A DNA stretch of 64,000 bases. Origin: an uncultured Acidobacteriota bacterium (GTDB taxonomy: Bacteria > Acidobacteriota > UBA6911). This document shows, in pieces, positions 28,123 through 38,634 of this stretch. The first letter of the stretch is position 1. Each line of letters starts with the position of its first letter. The notes beneath the pieces are model-generated. The model saw only the letters and a list, made by a program, of their open reading frames with translations, ran no database searches and had not been told where the DNA came from. The position numbers and the translations under genes were made by a program. The DNA is taken from assembly GCA_963809485.1 (NCBI GenBank), contig CAWEJX010000007.1, positions 192,001 through 256,000 on the forward strand, read 5' to 3'.

Positions 28123-29397
28123 ATGACCACGGCCCGCATGAAACCCGTTTTGCTTGTCATTCTGGCTGTCTTGCTTTCCGGCGTTCTCATAATAAGTGTC
28201 GCCGCCAAAGGCCCTAAAGCCGGGGCGCCTGAAAGCGTCGGCCTGTCCACGGAACGCCTGGACCGGCTCGGCAAAGCCATGCAGGACGATATCGATCAGA
28301 AAAAAACCGGCGGCATTGTCGTGCTCATTGCGCGCCACGGCGCCGTCGCCTATCACAAGGCCTTCGGCATGGCGGATATCGAATCCGCGAAGAAAATGCA
28401 GACCGACAACCTATTCCGGCTTTACTCCATGACAAAGCCCGTCACCAGCGCCGCTCTGCTGATGCTCTACGAGGAGGGGAAATTCCAGCTTACCGATCCG
28501 CTGGAGAAGTACATTCCCGCGTTTAAGAACGTAAAAGTATTCGTCAAGCTCGACGAAAAAGGCGAGATGGTACTGGAAGATCCCAAGCGGAAGATCACCA
28601 TCCAGGACGTCTTCCGCCACACCGCCGGATTTTCCTATGGTTTCGACGACACGCCGGTGGCCAAAGCCTATCAGAAGGCGGGAATGGATTTTGCCAAGAT
28701 GGATTCCCTGAAGGAACTCGTCGACAAACTCGCCACCCTGCCGCTGCTGTATCAGCCCGGCGAGCGCTGGGTTTACAGCGTCGCACACGACGTCCAGGCC
28801 TACCTGGTCGAATACTTCTCCGGCATGCGTTTCGACAAGTTCGTCCAGACCAGAATCATCGAGCCGCTGGGCATGAAAGACGCCGTATTCGGCATACCAA
28901 AGAACTACGTCAGCCGCTATACAACCTGCTACGGGCCTGCAAAGGCGGGCGGAATCGAGGCGACGGACAAGCCCGAGAGCAGCAACTATGCGCGCTACAC
29001 CGATCATCCGTTCGGCGGGCTCAGCCTCTCCTCGACCACTACGGATTACTATCTTTTCGCCCAGATGCTGCTGAACCGCGGCAAGCTCGGCAATGTGCGC
29101 CTGCTGGGCAGAAAGGCCGTTGAGCTGATGACGATGAATAACCTGCCGCCAAAGGTTCCCGATAACGGCACGCCGGGGACCGGGTATGGTTTGGGCGTCT
29201 CGGTTCTCATGGATCCGGCGCAAAACGGCAACATCGGCTCCGTCGGCCAGTTCGGCTGGGGCGGCGCGGCCACTACCTGGGTGATCATCGACCCGAAGGA
29301 AGACATGGTGGCGCTGTATTTCACCCAGTTCATGCCGATGGAGTTTAATGTCGTGAACCGTTTTCAGACGCTCGTCTACCAGGCGATCGTCGACTAG
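28123..29397 (+). CDS. Beta-lactamase-family serine hydrolase
   Basis: FRLYSMTKP (SxxK), HTAG, PGERWVYS, WGGAATT; signal peptide. Confidence 0.92.
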   Translation: MTTARMKPVLLVILAVLLSGVLIISVAAKGPKAGAPESVGLSTERLDRLGKAMQDDIDQKKTGGIVVLIARHGAVAYHKAFGMADIESAKKMQTDNLFRLYSMTKPVTSAALLMLYEEGKFQLTDPLEKYIPAFKNVKVFVKLDEKGEMVLEDPKRKITIQDVFRHTAGFSYGFDDTPVAKAYQKAGMDFAKMDSLKELVDKLATLPLLYQPGERWVYSVAHDVQAYLVEYFSGMRFDKFVQTRIIEPLGMKDAVFGIPKNYVSRYTTCYGPAKAGGIEATDKPESSNYARYTDHPFGGLSLSSTTTDYYLFAQMLLNRGKLGNVRLLGRKAVELMTMNNLPPKVPDNGTPGTGYGLGVSVLMDPAQNGNIGSVGQFGWGGAATTWVIIDPKEDMVALYFTQFMPMEFNVVNRFQTLVYQAIVD

Positions 29398-29432
29398 GGT
29401 CTTAGGTAAGAAGGTCATGCGTTTATAGTGTT

Positions 29433-29576
29433 TCAGTGAGGACCGGTCATAAATTTAAACGCTGACGCACGCCGATAAGCGCTGACGCACGCTGAAAAAT
29501 CATTAATAAAAAATACTATTTTCTCAGCATTTAATGTTGATTGGATGAGCATAGGCCTCCAGATCCGTCCTTCTAA
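29433..29576. repeat. Composite repeat (TCAGTGAGGA shell + ACGCTGAC arm)
   Basis: Homologous to 34741-35008: TCAGTGAGGA...CATAAATTT.AACGCTGAC..ACGCCGATAA.CGCTGA...CTCAGCA.TTAATGTT. Confidence 0.65.
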
Positions 29577-29591
29577 TGGAGCTGATTCCTA

Positions 29592-30155
29592 ATGGGCTGG
29601 TGGAGCTTGATGGCGATAGCGGTCGCCCTGGCCATGGATGCTTTTGCCGTGGCCATCGTTTCGGGATTGACCCTGAATCCTCTGACCGGAAGGCACGTGT
29701 TCCGCATGGCATTTCATTTCGGCCTGTTCCAGGCGATCATGCCGTCGATAGGCTGGGCAGCCGGCTTTGCCGTTCAGAAATACATCGCCGACTTCGATCA
29801 CTGGGTGGCTTTCGGCCTCCTGGCGTTCGTGGGCGGCAAGATGATCTGGGGGGCGCTGTCCGGCGGAGAGGGGCACCGTTCTTCAGGCGATCCCACATCG
29901 GGGTGGGAGCTCGTGATGCTTTCGGTTGCAACAAGCATCGACGCACTTGCGGTGGGCCTTTCATTAGCCCTGATTGGATCCCGGATTGTCGTGCCGGCGC
30001 TCGTTATCGGCCTCGTGGCGGCCGCATTTACGACGGCCGGAATGCTGCTTGGGCGTCAGATCGGCTCCCGCTGGGGTCGGCGCGTTGAAATTTTCGGCGG
30101 GCTTATCCTGCTGGCGATCGGCATAAGGATTGTCATCGAGCATACAATGGCCTGA
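29592..30155 (+). CDS. mntP: Manganese efflux pump MntP
   Basis: ALAMDAFAVAI; FGLFQA.MP.IGW; ATSIDALAVG. Confidence 0.93.
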   Translation: MGWWSLMAIAVALAMDAFAVAIVSGLTLNPLTGRHVFRMAFHFGLFQAIMPSIGWAAGFAVQKYIADFDHWVAFGLLAFVGGKMIWGALSGGEGHRSSGDPTSGWELVMLSVATSIDALAVGLSLALIGSRIVVPALVIGLVAAAFTTAGMLLGRQIGSRWGRRVEIFGGLILLAIGIRIVIEHTMA

Positions 30156-30253
30156 AACAATTTCCCGCCATTGGTTATTTTGCGCCCGTACCGCATAATA
30201 AAACCTTCCGGACGCGGTTCCTTCGAACCAGCCGGGATGGGGATGGAAAAAAG

Positions 30254-30769
30254 ATGATGGTTGAATTACCCGAATACGCCCAAGTCGTTCGAGACCTGCC
30301 TCGCGGAATGCACCCTTATACTTCGCTTCTGCCGCGGATCGCAGAGAGTCCTGTCGTGCGGCGTATCGAAAGTCCGATGACACCGCTCGGGCCCCTGCTG
30401 GATTCCGCCCGGGTCAAAATCAAGACCGGGGACGGGTACGTCTACGTCGACGTCAAGATTCCCGCGATTACGCTTTTCGAGGGCTATTACCGCGAAGGCC
30501 ATCCGGTGGATTTGTACCTGGACCTTTGCCACGAACTGACCCACTTGCGGCAGCTCGCTGAGGGGCAAAATCTCTGGGACCACAGCCTGCATTACGTGGA
30601 CCGCCCCACGGAGATCGAGGGATACGCCGTCGCCGTTGAGGAAGGCCTCCGCCTTGGCCTGACGGAGGCCGACATCATCCGGCACCTGTCCAATCCATGG
30701 CTAAGCGCGGAAGAAACGGCCCGGCTGCGGGCAAACATAGACCGCTTCCTGAACGGCGCCGGTAACTGA
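30254..30769 (+). CDS. Hypothetical HExxH (zincin-like) protein
   Basis: LCHELTHLRQ ... Y...PTEIEGY. Confidence 0.72.
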   Translation: MMVELPEYAQVVRDLPRGMHPYTSLLPRIAESPVVRRIESPMTPLGPLLDSARVKIKTGDGYVYVDVKIPAITLFEGYYREGHPVDLYLDLCHELTHLRQLAEGQNLWDHSLHYVDRPTEIEGYAVAVEEGLRLGLTEADIIRHLSNPWLSAEETARLRANIDRFLNGAGN

Positions 30770-30843
30770 CGAACGCTGACTTAAATATTAATATTTTCCT
30801 GTCAGCGTTCGTCTGCGTTTTTATCCGCGTTTGTCAGCGTTAA
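30761..30843. repeat. ACGCTGAC palindromic repeat between convergent genes
   Basis: GACGAACGCTGAC-(AT-rich loop)-GTCAGCGTTCGTC; overlaps the stop of 30254-30769. Confidence 0.7.
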
Positions 30844-30864
30844 TTGTGGCAATGCTCACTACGG

Positions 30865-32262
30865 TTACAGTTTGCGGAGGATGTCCCAGAAGGCGCCGCG
30901 GTGCCCGTCCCGGATGGCATCGACCAGCCTCTGGTTGGAGTTGTAATTGTAGTTCTGCTTCGGCCTCGAAGGATCGAAGAAAAGGAAGCGCTCGTCGTCC
31001 CCGATGAGGGCATTCAGCCATTCAAACACAAAAGGCGCGATCTGCGGTTCGAGGAAAAACAGCGGGTCCGCATAATCGCTGCCGCCGACGAGCCCGCCGG
31101 CGTTCTCCTCGGAAGTGACGTGCTTTGCCAGCGCCGTCCCCGGATAAATTCTCACACCCAGCGAGACTCCCGCCCGATCGGGATTTGCCTGTTTGATCAG
31201 CTCCACTGTCTGGTCGATGCTCTCGCTGGTCTCTCCGGGAGAGCCCAGCAGCAGATCCAGCATGACGGCCATCCCTTCCTCTTTAGCCCAGCGAGTGACA
31301 TTGAGTATGTCTTCGGGCCCGAAACTGCGCCCCAGCCTTTTCAGCATCTCCGGATTGCCGTTGTCGGCCCCGAAATCTATTCCCACGCACCCGGCAGCGC
31401 GCATGGCCCGCGCAAGTTGAGGTGAGAATGGCGCGGGTGAGCAGTACGCATACCAGCGCAATTTATCACCCAGTCCGCGCCGGCTGATTTCCCGGCATAT
31501 TTCCAGAGCGTGCCACTCGGGAATATTGAATTCGCCGTCGCAGGTGTGCAGCGCATCGATGCCCTTTTCGAGAAGACTTTCCAGCTCGACGGCAACTGCT
31601 GCGGGCGGCCGCAGACGCACGCGCGCGCCCTTGGCCACAGGATCAGCACAGTAAACGCATTGGCCGGAACAGCCGCGCCTGGTTTCAAATCCGGCCTGCC
31701 CGCCCAGTCGAAAATAGCGCTCGTTATCCACCCAGCTGCGGCTCATCAGGGGAAGATCGCTCAGGGATCCGTAGGAAGCGGGATTGCGCTGCCATGCCGC
31801 GTCCCGCCGCCAGACCAGGCCGGGCAGGCCGCGCCATTCTTCCCTTCTCTCCAGCCGCGATGCGAGCTGAGGCAGAACAAAATCCCCTTCTCCCCACAAT
31901 CCGAAATCGGCCGCCGAGAGAGAAAGAATCGGCTCCGGCATCACGGAAAATCCGACACCGCCCAGGACGACCGGGGCGTTCGTATTTTCGCGGATGGTCC
32001 GAATTATGTCTATGAACCCGGCCAGGAAAGACCGGCGGCTGGTGAAGGCGCAGTCATCGGTATTGCGCAGCGTCGCGCCGACAAGGCCAAAATTGGAATC
32101 CTTGAAGAACCGGGCTATTGCGGATGCGGCATCTTCTTCCCAGCAGAGGTCCAGTAGTTGAACCGCGTGGCCTGAAGCGTGCAGGGATTCGGCCAGGTAA
32201 TCCAGGGCGATCGGCGCGACCGGCGGCTGCACGCGGTTCGTATTAACCAATGCAATTTGCAC
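30865..32262 (-). CDS. Cobalamin-binding radical SAM protein
   Basis: N-terminal B12-binding-like domain; RGCSGQCVYC; LLGSPGET. Confidence 0.9.
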   Translation of the reverse strand: MQIALVNTNRVQPPVAPIALDYLAESLHASGHAVQLLDLCWEEDAASAIARFFKDSNFGLVGATLRNTDDCAFTSRRSFLAGFIDIIRTIRENTNAPVVLGGVGFSVMPEPILSLSAADFGLWGEGDFVLPQLASRLERREEWRGLPGLVWRRDAAWQRNPASYGSLSDLPLMSRSWVDNERYFRLGGQAGFETRRGCSGQCVYCADPVAKGARVRLRPPAAVAVELESLLEKGIDALHTCDGEFNIPEWHALEICREISRRGLGDKLRWYAYCSPAPFSPQLARAMRAAGCVGIDFGADNGNPEMLKRLGRSFGPEDILNVTRWAKEEGMAVMLDLLLGSPGETSESIDQTVELIKQANPDRAGVSLGVRIYPGTALAKHVTSEENAGGLVGGSDYADPLFFLEPQIAPFVFEWLNALIGDDERFLFFDPSRPKQNYNYNSNQRLVDAIRDGHRGAFWDILRKL

Positions 32263-32304
32263 TAAAAAATAGCCTCGAAGACCTGAAATGCCAAGCGATC
32301 CCGG

Positions 32305-33291
32305 CTACCCCTGAGCGAGGATTTCCTTGAGCCTGCCCGCATAATCGCGGCTTTCGGCGTCCGGCGTAACAATCTCGATCTGGCCGGGAGTCCTGATCCC
32401 CAGCCCCAATTCAACCGCGCGCGCCATCTGTTCCTGTTCGAAGATCTTTTTGGACATGATGGCTTCGTTGGAACCGTGATGCTTGAGGACTGCCAGCCCG
32501 ACGGCATCTACGGCGATGCGGTCCGTCCCGGCAACGATAACGCCTGCCCGGACCAGCTTGCCCGTCATCGGCCCGCCGTCGACGAATATGTCCACGCCGT
32601 CCATGAGGATCAGGTGCGGAGTGAACGCGTGATTCACTTCCGCGATCTTCGGCCTTATTGTGGCCATGTCCGCGTGCAGATCTGAAAATCTCGAGCTTTT
32701 TTTTGTCACGCCCACCGCGAGCTTGAGGGAAATGCTGTGGACGCCGCCGAACTGGTGGGTTTTGAGGCAGCACGTCCAGAGAAGGTATTCGGCATCCACG
32801 ACAGGTTTGGCCACGTCAAAACCGTTCTTCCAATGGCATCCGGGCGGATTGAAGTGAATCCAGGCATCGGCAGGAAGATCGTCAAAATTGACGACCGCAA
32901 ATCCAAGCTCCTGAGCCAGCGCAGGAATTCCCTTCTGCTCCATGACGGCTTTGGTATTGCCGGGACCGCAGCTGTCCCCGACCGTAAGGCCTGCTGCGCC
33001 GCGGACCTTCATCTCATGGACGAGCTGCCGCAGCGTGTCGTTGTGCGTGGAGCCCGGAGCGGGATCGGCCGTGTTGAAATTAGGCTTGATGAGGACTTTT
33101 TTCCCTTTCGGCGATGGGAAAGAGGCCAGCTTCAGCACTTCCGCTATTCCTTTGGCCCGGTCTTCGGTTTTTATCAAAACTACCTTTGCCGTGCCTTCGG
33201 CCGCCATGGAAGCTCGTGGGAATACGCGTCCCAGCACGGAGATTGCCGCAGCACCGGCGGCAGATTGTTTCAGGAATTCGCGACGTTTCAT
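32305..33291 (-). CDS. DUF362 protein with Tat signal
   Basis: RREFLK twin-Arg; VLIKPNFN; LKTH..GG...SLK..VG; D..AVDA. Confidence 0.88.
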   Translation of the reverse strand: MKRREFLKQSAAGAAAISVLGRVFPRASMAAEGTAKVVLIKTEDRAKGIAEVLKLASFPSPKGKKVLIKPNFNTADPAPGSTHNDTLRQLVHEMKVRGAAGLTVGDSCGPGNTKAVMEQKGIPALAQELGFAVVNFDDLPADAWIHFNPPGCHWKNGFDVAKPVVDAEYLLWTCCLKTHQFGGVHSISLKLAVGVTKKSSRFSDLHADMATIRPKIAEVNHAFTPHLILMDGVDIFVDGGPMTGKLVRAGVIVAGTDRIAVDAVGLAVLKHHGSNEAIMSKKIFEQEQMARAVELGLGIRTPGQIEIVTPDAESRDYAGRLKEILAQG

Positions 33292-33460
33292 GAAAAATTC
33301 TCCTTTGTCGGAATTCTAGCACGACCTCATTACGAAGACCCGGTTCATTGTTGCCCTAAATGCCTGATTGACCCGGGCCCACAGGCGTCCTATGATTTGA
33401 GTTCAAATACATCTATTGTTTCAATCAGGCGTTTAAACATAATTTGATGGATCGAGGCAG

Positions 33461-34324
33461 ATGCCTTTCACCACTCTGATAGCGGCCTCCGATTTGTTTC
33501 CCCATTTGAACAGCAGCGACTGGGCGATCATAGATTGCCGGTTTTCCCTGGACAATACGGCGCGGGGCGAGCGCGACTACCTGGAAGCCCATATACCCGG
33601 CGCAGTCTACGCTCATCTGGACCGCGACCTCTCGGGAAGGAAGATACCGGGAAAGACAGGCCGGCACCCGCTTCCCGAAATCCCGAGCTTCGTCGAAATT
33701 CTCTCGGCATGGGGCATCGATCCGGCTACGCAGGTTGTGGCTTACGACGACTCCGGCGGATCCACGGCTGCGCGCCTCTGGTGGATGCTGAAATGGCTGG
33801 GACACGAAGCGGCAGCTGTGCTCGACGGAGGCTGGGCATCCTGGCAAAAAATGGGGCTTCCTGCCCGCATTGGCTCCGAAAGCCGCGCCGTGAAACGCTT
33901 TGTGCCTCAGGAAAACCAGGGCAGTTACGTTACTGCAGGCCAGGTGCTCGAAATGCTCGGTAAGCCGCAGTGCCTGTTATTGGACGCGCGCAGCGCGCCA
34001 AGATACCGGGGCGAGGTTGAGCCAATTGATCCGGTGGCGGGGCATATTCCCGGAGCTGTTTCCGCGCCCTATGAACAGAATCTGACTCCCGAAGGCAGGT
34101 TTCTCGAGCCCGAAGTCCTGCGCAGGCGGTTCGAGCCGCTCGTGAAATCTGTTCCTGTGGAAAACGTGATCTGCTATTGTGGATCAGGGGTCACCGCGGC
34201 GCATAATCTTCTTGCCCTCGCCCATGCGGGCCTCGGAATGGGCAGGCTGTACGCGGGCTCCTGGAGCGAATGGATCGCCGGTCCCGAACGGCCCATCGCC
34301 AGAGGGGGCGAGAACGGGGATTAG
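33461..34324 (+). CDS. sseA: Two-domain rhodanese sulfurtransferase (SseA-like)
   Basis: HIPGAV, GRHPLP, ARLWW, LDGG, CGSGVTA, YAGSWSEW. Confidence 0.92.
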   Translation: MPFTTLIAASDLFPHLNSSDWAIIDCRFSLDNTARGERDYLEAHIPGAVYAHLDRDLSGRKIPGKTGRHPLPEIPSFVEILSAWGIDPATQVVAYDDSGGSTAARLWWMLKWLGHEAAAVLDGGWASWQKMGLPARIGSESRAVKRFVPQENQGSYVTAGQVLEMLGKPQCLLLDARSAPRYRGEVEPIDPVAGHIPGAVSAPYEQNLTPEGRFLEPEVLRRRFEPLVKSVPVENVICYCGSGVTAAHNLLALAHAGLGMGRLYAGSWSEWIAGPERPIARGGENGD

Positions 34325-34327
34325 GAT

Positions 34328-34696
34328 ATGGCATTTCCCAGGCATCACCATTTCAGGAAAAATCATCAGGACCGGTTCGGTCAAAGCCATTATCCGCATC
34401 ATCCGCAGCACCCGCAGCGTACTGCCCATCATCCGCATGCTCCGCATCGCCAGCCGCGGCAACCGCATCAAGGCCCCGAAGATCTCGTCCATCCCGAGCA
34501 TACGGGATCGGAATCGGCCTTTCTCAAGTCCCTGGTTGATTCGCATGCCAAGGTTACGGTCATGCTGAAGAACGGCGAGCGCCTGCAAGGCCATATCCGC
34601 TATTACGACCAGAATTGCTTCAGCCTCGGGCTCTCGGCTCATGGCCCCAGGCTTTTCCTGCGCAAGGACAGTGTCAGCTACATCGCAGAAGAATAG
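34328..34696 (+). CDS. Hfq/Sm-like protein with His/Pro/Gln-rich N-terminus
   Basis: FLKSL......VTVMLKNGERLQGHI..YD..........FLRK..VSYI resembles Sm1/Sm2 of Hfq. Confidence 0.75.
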   Translation: MAFPRHHHFRKNHQDRFGQSHYPHHPQHPQRTAHHPHAPHRQPRQPHQGPEDLVHPEHTGSESAFLKSLVDSHAKVTVMLKNGERLQGHIRYYDQNCFSLGLSAHGPRLFLRKDSVSYIAEE

Positions 34697-34740
34697 CCGC
34701 CCGGGAAATCCCGTAAGGTGATATTTACCTCTCCCATATT

Positions 34741-35008
34741 TCAGTGAGGATGGGGCTACAGATACGGCCGAAAGGCGAAATACCGGTTGGCGTTTTCCGG
34801 ACGGGTCTGGAGAGATCCGTCCATAAATTTTAACGCTGACACACGCCGATAAACGCTGATGCACGCTGAAAAAATCTAAATTAATGCCATTTACTCAGCA
34901 GTTAATGTTATTTGGGTGGGGACGGCTGTCGAGAGACTTTCTCAAAACTGCCGGCGAGGTTCTCAGGACAGTCGTTTCGAGAGCGGCTCTGGAGACCCGT
35001 CCTCACTG
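34741..35008. repeat. MITE-like composite repeat with terminal inverted repeats
   Basis: TCAGTGAGGATGGG ... CCCGTCCTCACTGA; internal GGACGGGTCT..AGATCCGTCC hairpin and ACGCTGAC arm. Confidence 0.65.
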
Positions 35009-35125
35009 ATAGGGCGGGTGTGTAAAAGCTCTGTAAAAGAGCCTTTTCCCACGTTGAATCCGGCTTCGGCGAGTCATAAAATTCCTGCGCCAGATTTCGT
35101 CTGAAACAGGACTTGGGGAAAGATC

Positions 35126-37097
35126 GTGACACAGAACTCTACAGCACCGGGACACAAACGGAAACAGATCGTCGTCGTCCTCATCAAGCCGTCCAAATAC
35201 GATGATGAAGGATACGTAATACGGCATTTTCGCGGCGTTCTTCCAAGCAACACGCTCGCCTGCCTTTCCAGCCTGACCCAGGATGTCGCCAGACGGGAAC
35301 TGCTGGGCAGGGATGTGGATATACGGGTGGAGATCTACGACGACACCGTCCAGCCGATACCGATAAAGCGCATCATCCGGTCCAACCTGCTTCCCTTCCG
35401 CCGCACAATCGTGGCCCTGGCCGGGGTTCAATCCAACCAGTTCCCGCGGGCGGCGGATCTTGCCCGGAAATTCCGGGAGGGGGGATTGCAGGTACTCATC
35501 GGCGGATTTCACGTCAGCGGCATGCTTGCCTTGTCCCCGGGCATCTCACCGGAAATACAGGAACTGATCGACCTCGGGGTTACGGTGGTCAAAGGCGAGG
35601 TCGAGGAGACCTGGGGAGACCTGCTGCGGGACGCTGCCGAAGAAAATCTGCGGCCCATATACGATTTCCTGGATCAAAAACCGATCCTTTATGAACAGCC
35701 CATTCCCATGATTCAGCGGGAATACCTTAAAAGGTTCGTCATCTCGAATTTCGGCACCATCGACTGCAGCCGAGGCTGCCCGTTTAACTGCAGCTTCTGC
35801 ACAATTATCAATGTGCAGGGCCGGGAAATGCGTGTCCGATCCCCGGAGCTGCTGGCCCGGACGCTGCGCGATAATTATCGTCTCAATAAGATCTTTTTCT
35901 ATTTCTTCACCGACGACAATTTTGCGCGCAACAGCTCCTGGCGCGAGATTTTCCAAATGCTGATAGGCCTGCGGGAGAAAGAAAAGATTCCGATCCAGTT
36001 CATGATCCAGGTGGACACCCAGTCGCACAAAATTCCCGATTTCGTCAGCCTCGCCTCCCGCGCCGGCTGTTCGCAGGTATTTATCGGGATGGAAAGCATC
36101 AACCCGGAGAACCTCAAGGCAGCCGGGAAAATGCAGAACAAGGTTCAGGATTACAGGGAGCTGATATCCGCCTGGCACAACGCGAAAATAGCCACCCATG
36201 TCGCCTATATTTTCGGCTTCCCCTTCGATACGCCCGAGTCCATACGGGAAGATGTCCAGCGGCTTCAGAATGAGCTGGGAGTCGAGCAGGCTTCCTTCTT
36301 CATGCTGACGCCGCTACCCGGATCGCGGGATCATGCGCGCATGTTTCAGGACGGCGAGCCCATGAGCCCGGATCTGAATGAATACGATTCTTTCCACGAA
36401 ACGATCCGCCACCCGAATTTCGCGCCCGGAGAGCTGGAGGCGTCGTACCGCGAGGCCTGGAAGAATTTTTATTCCTTCGACTACATGCGCGATGTGCTTG
36501 CCCGCGCCAATCCCGAAAATTACTGGAGTATTTTCTGCGATTTCATCTGGTATAAAAATTCCGCGCTGATCGAGGGCGGGCATCCGATGATCCACGGCTT
36601 CTTCCGTCTCAAAGACCGGACCGACCGGAGACCCGGATTCGCGGTGGAATCCCGTTTCCGGCACTTTTTCAAGGCGCTTCCGCGAATTGCGGAGCCTTGC
36701 CCGCAGCTGGGCATCCCTGGTTCTGGAGATGGAGGAGCTTTGGCTGCAGACGCGCAAGCGCAGCGAAGCGGAGATCCGGCTGCTGGCCGAGATCCAGCGC
36801 CTGCGGCAGGAAGTCAACCGCAACCTGCGTTCGGCCGAGCTGCAGCTGGCTCATGCCAGGGCGCGCATCCACTTCCCCGAATTGCGGGTCCCTTCGAGGC
36901 TAGCGCTGGCATTCCGCAACCTGAACTTCCGCATGGCAAAGCGGGTCACATACTCCCGCGCCGATCTGCAGCAGTTCTGGAAAAGGGCGCGAACGAAAAC
37001 ACTCCTCGCCCGCCCGGACAAAGTTATCCTTAATTTCCTGAAGGACGTTCAGCTATTTCTGCTTTTTGTGCGCGACCTTGCGCGAACGGAGACATAG
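35126..37097 (+). CDS. B12-binding-type radical SAM protein; one-base frameshift near 36665-36672
   Basis: RGCPFNCSFC, FTDDNF, FIGMES, LTPLPGS. The helical C-terminus continues in the +1 frame (36687-37097). Confidence 0.82.
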
Positions 37098-37175
37098 GCC
37101 CGATTCGGGATTCGAGAGGCCGGTTCCGGATTTCAAACGAATCCGAATTCGTATCTCGAATCCCGAGTTCCGAGC

Positions 37176-38093
37176 CTACTTTGCCCGCTCAGCCGAGAGG
37201 GATTTGTCCTTGGGGACGCTGAGGTATCCGCCTGCCTTATCCTTTTCAACCCAGTTGATCACGACTTCGTAGCGCACGCGATTCTGGCCCACAAGGAACT
37301 GCAGGGGTTCGTTGATGACCCGATCCTTCTTTTCGAGCTGGCTGTCATCGACCAGGACTTTCAGGTTGAATTTGCCCTTCTTGCGGTCCGTCTTGGTCAG
37401 AATGAGGCGTATGTCCTCAACCCGGATCACTTCGTTCTTCTTCGGAAGCGTGAACTCGGTGTAATTGCGTTCCCCTTTAAGACGAAGCTGGGCCAGTTCG
37501 GAGGCATTCTTTGCAACCGCGGCGGTGAGGCTGTCGCGTACATCCACCAGTTGCCTCTGGGTCCCTTCAAGGTCGCGCCGTGTGGCGTCCAGATCCGTTT
37601 TAACGGCAACAACCTGTGTTTTTACGCCGCCTACTTCAGTGTTCACCTGGCCGATCTTGCTGTCGGCTTCGCTCCTGGCAGCCTGGACCTGGGCATCCAC
37701 CTGCGAGGCATCGGCTTTTGTGGCCAAAGCCTGGGACAACTCTCGCTTGGTTTTCTGCCCCTCGGCCTGGATTTGTGCGGCCGTCTTCTTAAATTCGGCC
37801 TTGGTGGTGCCGACAGCTTCCTGGGCGCCTTCGAGATCCGTTTTCAAACTCGTTAACTGACCTGACAGGTTGGCTTCAGACAGCTTGTTGGCGTTTTCGA
37901 GCGTCTGCAATTGCTCGCTTATTTTCGCAAGCTGCGCCTGATTGGCCTTCCGGTACTGGGACCCGTCCCAGTAGAGATAAACGACGGCCAGAAGCAAAAG
38001 CAGAATAAGGACAAGCTTGACAGGTTCCGGTATCAGTCCTTTTTCCGATAAGGACTGTTTCGGAACGTTGGACGATGGATTCAGTGTACTCAT
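37176..38093 (-). CDS. Membrane-anchored coiled-coil hypothetical protein
   Basis: RBS AGGAGG; one TM; long heptad region; C-terminal beta domain (GERNY.EF; EKKDR.INEP.QF). Confidence 0.82.
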   Translation of the reverse strand: MSTLNPSSNVPKQSLSEKGLIPEPVKLVLILLLLLAVVYLYWDGSQYRKANQAQLAKISEQLQTLENANKLSEANLSGQLTSLKTDLEGAQEAVGTTKAEFKKTAAQIQAEGQKTKRELSQALATKADASQVDAQVQAARSEADSKIGQVNTEVGGVKTQVVAVKTDLDATRRDLEGTQRQLVDVRDSLTAAVAKNASELAQLRLKGERNYTEFTLPKKNEVIRVEDIRLILTKTDRKKGKFNLKVLVDDSQLEKKDRVINEPLQFLVGQNRVRYEVVINWVEKDKAGGYLSVPKDKSLSAERAK

Positions 38094-38333
38094 TAAAACC
38101 TCCTGATTGGCGGGGGCTCTCAATGCACTTCTCCGCGCTGCATATAATAGGCCAAGGGACAGCAAAGATCAATGGAATGGCTTGCCCAAAGGGTAGCCGG
38201 AGAAAAGGACTTCTCCATCCTCACGCCGCCATATCTGGTTTCTGTTGCGAAACTCGGGTTTTGCGAAAAAGCCAATTTTTTCAACAGTCAATAGGATATT
38301 TGATTTTACATAGAAGCCGATAATTGGAGTCAG

Positions 38334-38511
38334 GCCGCGTAGCGGCCAGCTGAATTTAGCCAGGCCTTTTAAGGCCTGGATCGAAAGGAGTTATGTTTTC
38401 CGTCGCGTAGCGCCGGCTGAATCTCAGGCGGCGCTACGCGACGCGCTGCTCGCTATACCATGGTTCCCGGCCTTGAAAGGCCGGGCTAAAATCATAGTGC
38501 CGCTACGCGGC
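38334..38511. repeat. Nested-palindrome REP/REPIN-like element
   Basis: Outer GCCGCGTAGCGGC/GCCGCTACGCGGC; inner TTAGCCAGGCCTTTTAAGGCCTGG/CCCGGCCTTGAAAGGCCGGGCTAA; CGTCGCGTAGCGCC/GGCGCTACGCGACG. Confidence 0.75.
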
Positions 38512-38634
38512 ACAAACCAGTTTCGCGACAGAAACTATCTTGGATCGGCACAAGCTTTGGGGAATTCCGGAAGCTCGGGTTTGGTGGCAGGGAAAAAGGC
38601 CGGGGTTCGAAGCCCCCGGATTTCAGACCGGGCT

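Noticed and set aside
29400-29591. yybP-ykoY riboswitch before mntP
   Set aside because: No recognisable consensus; the space is occupied by the repeat family.
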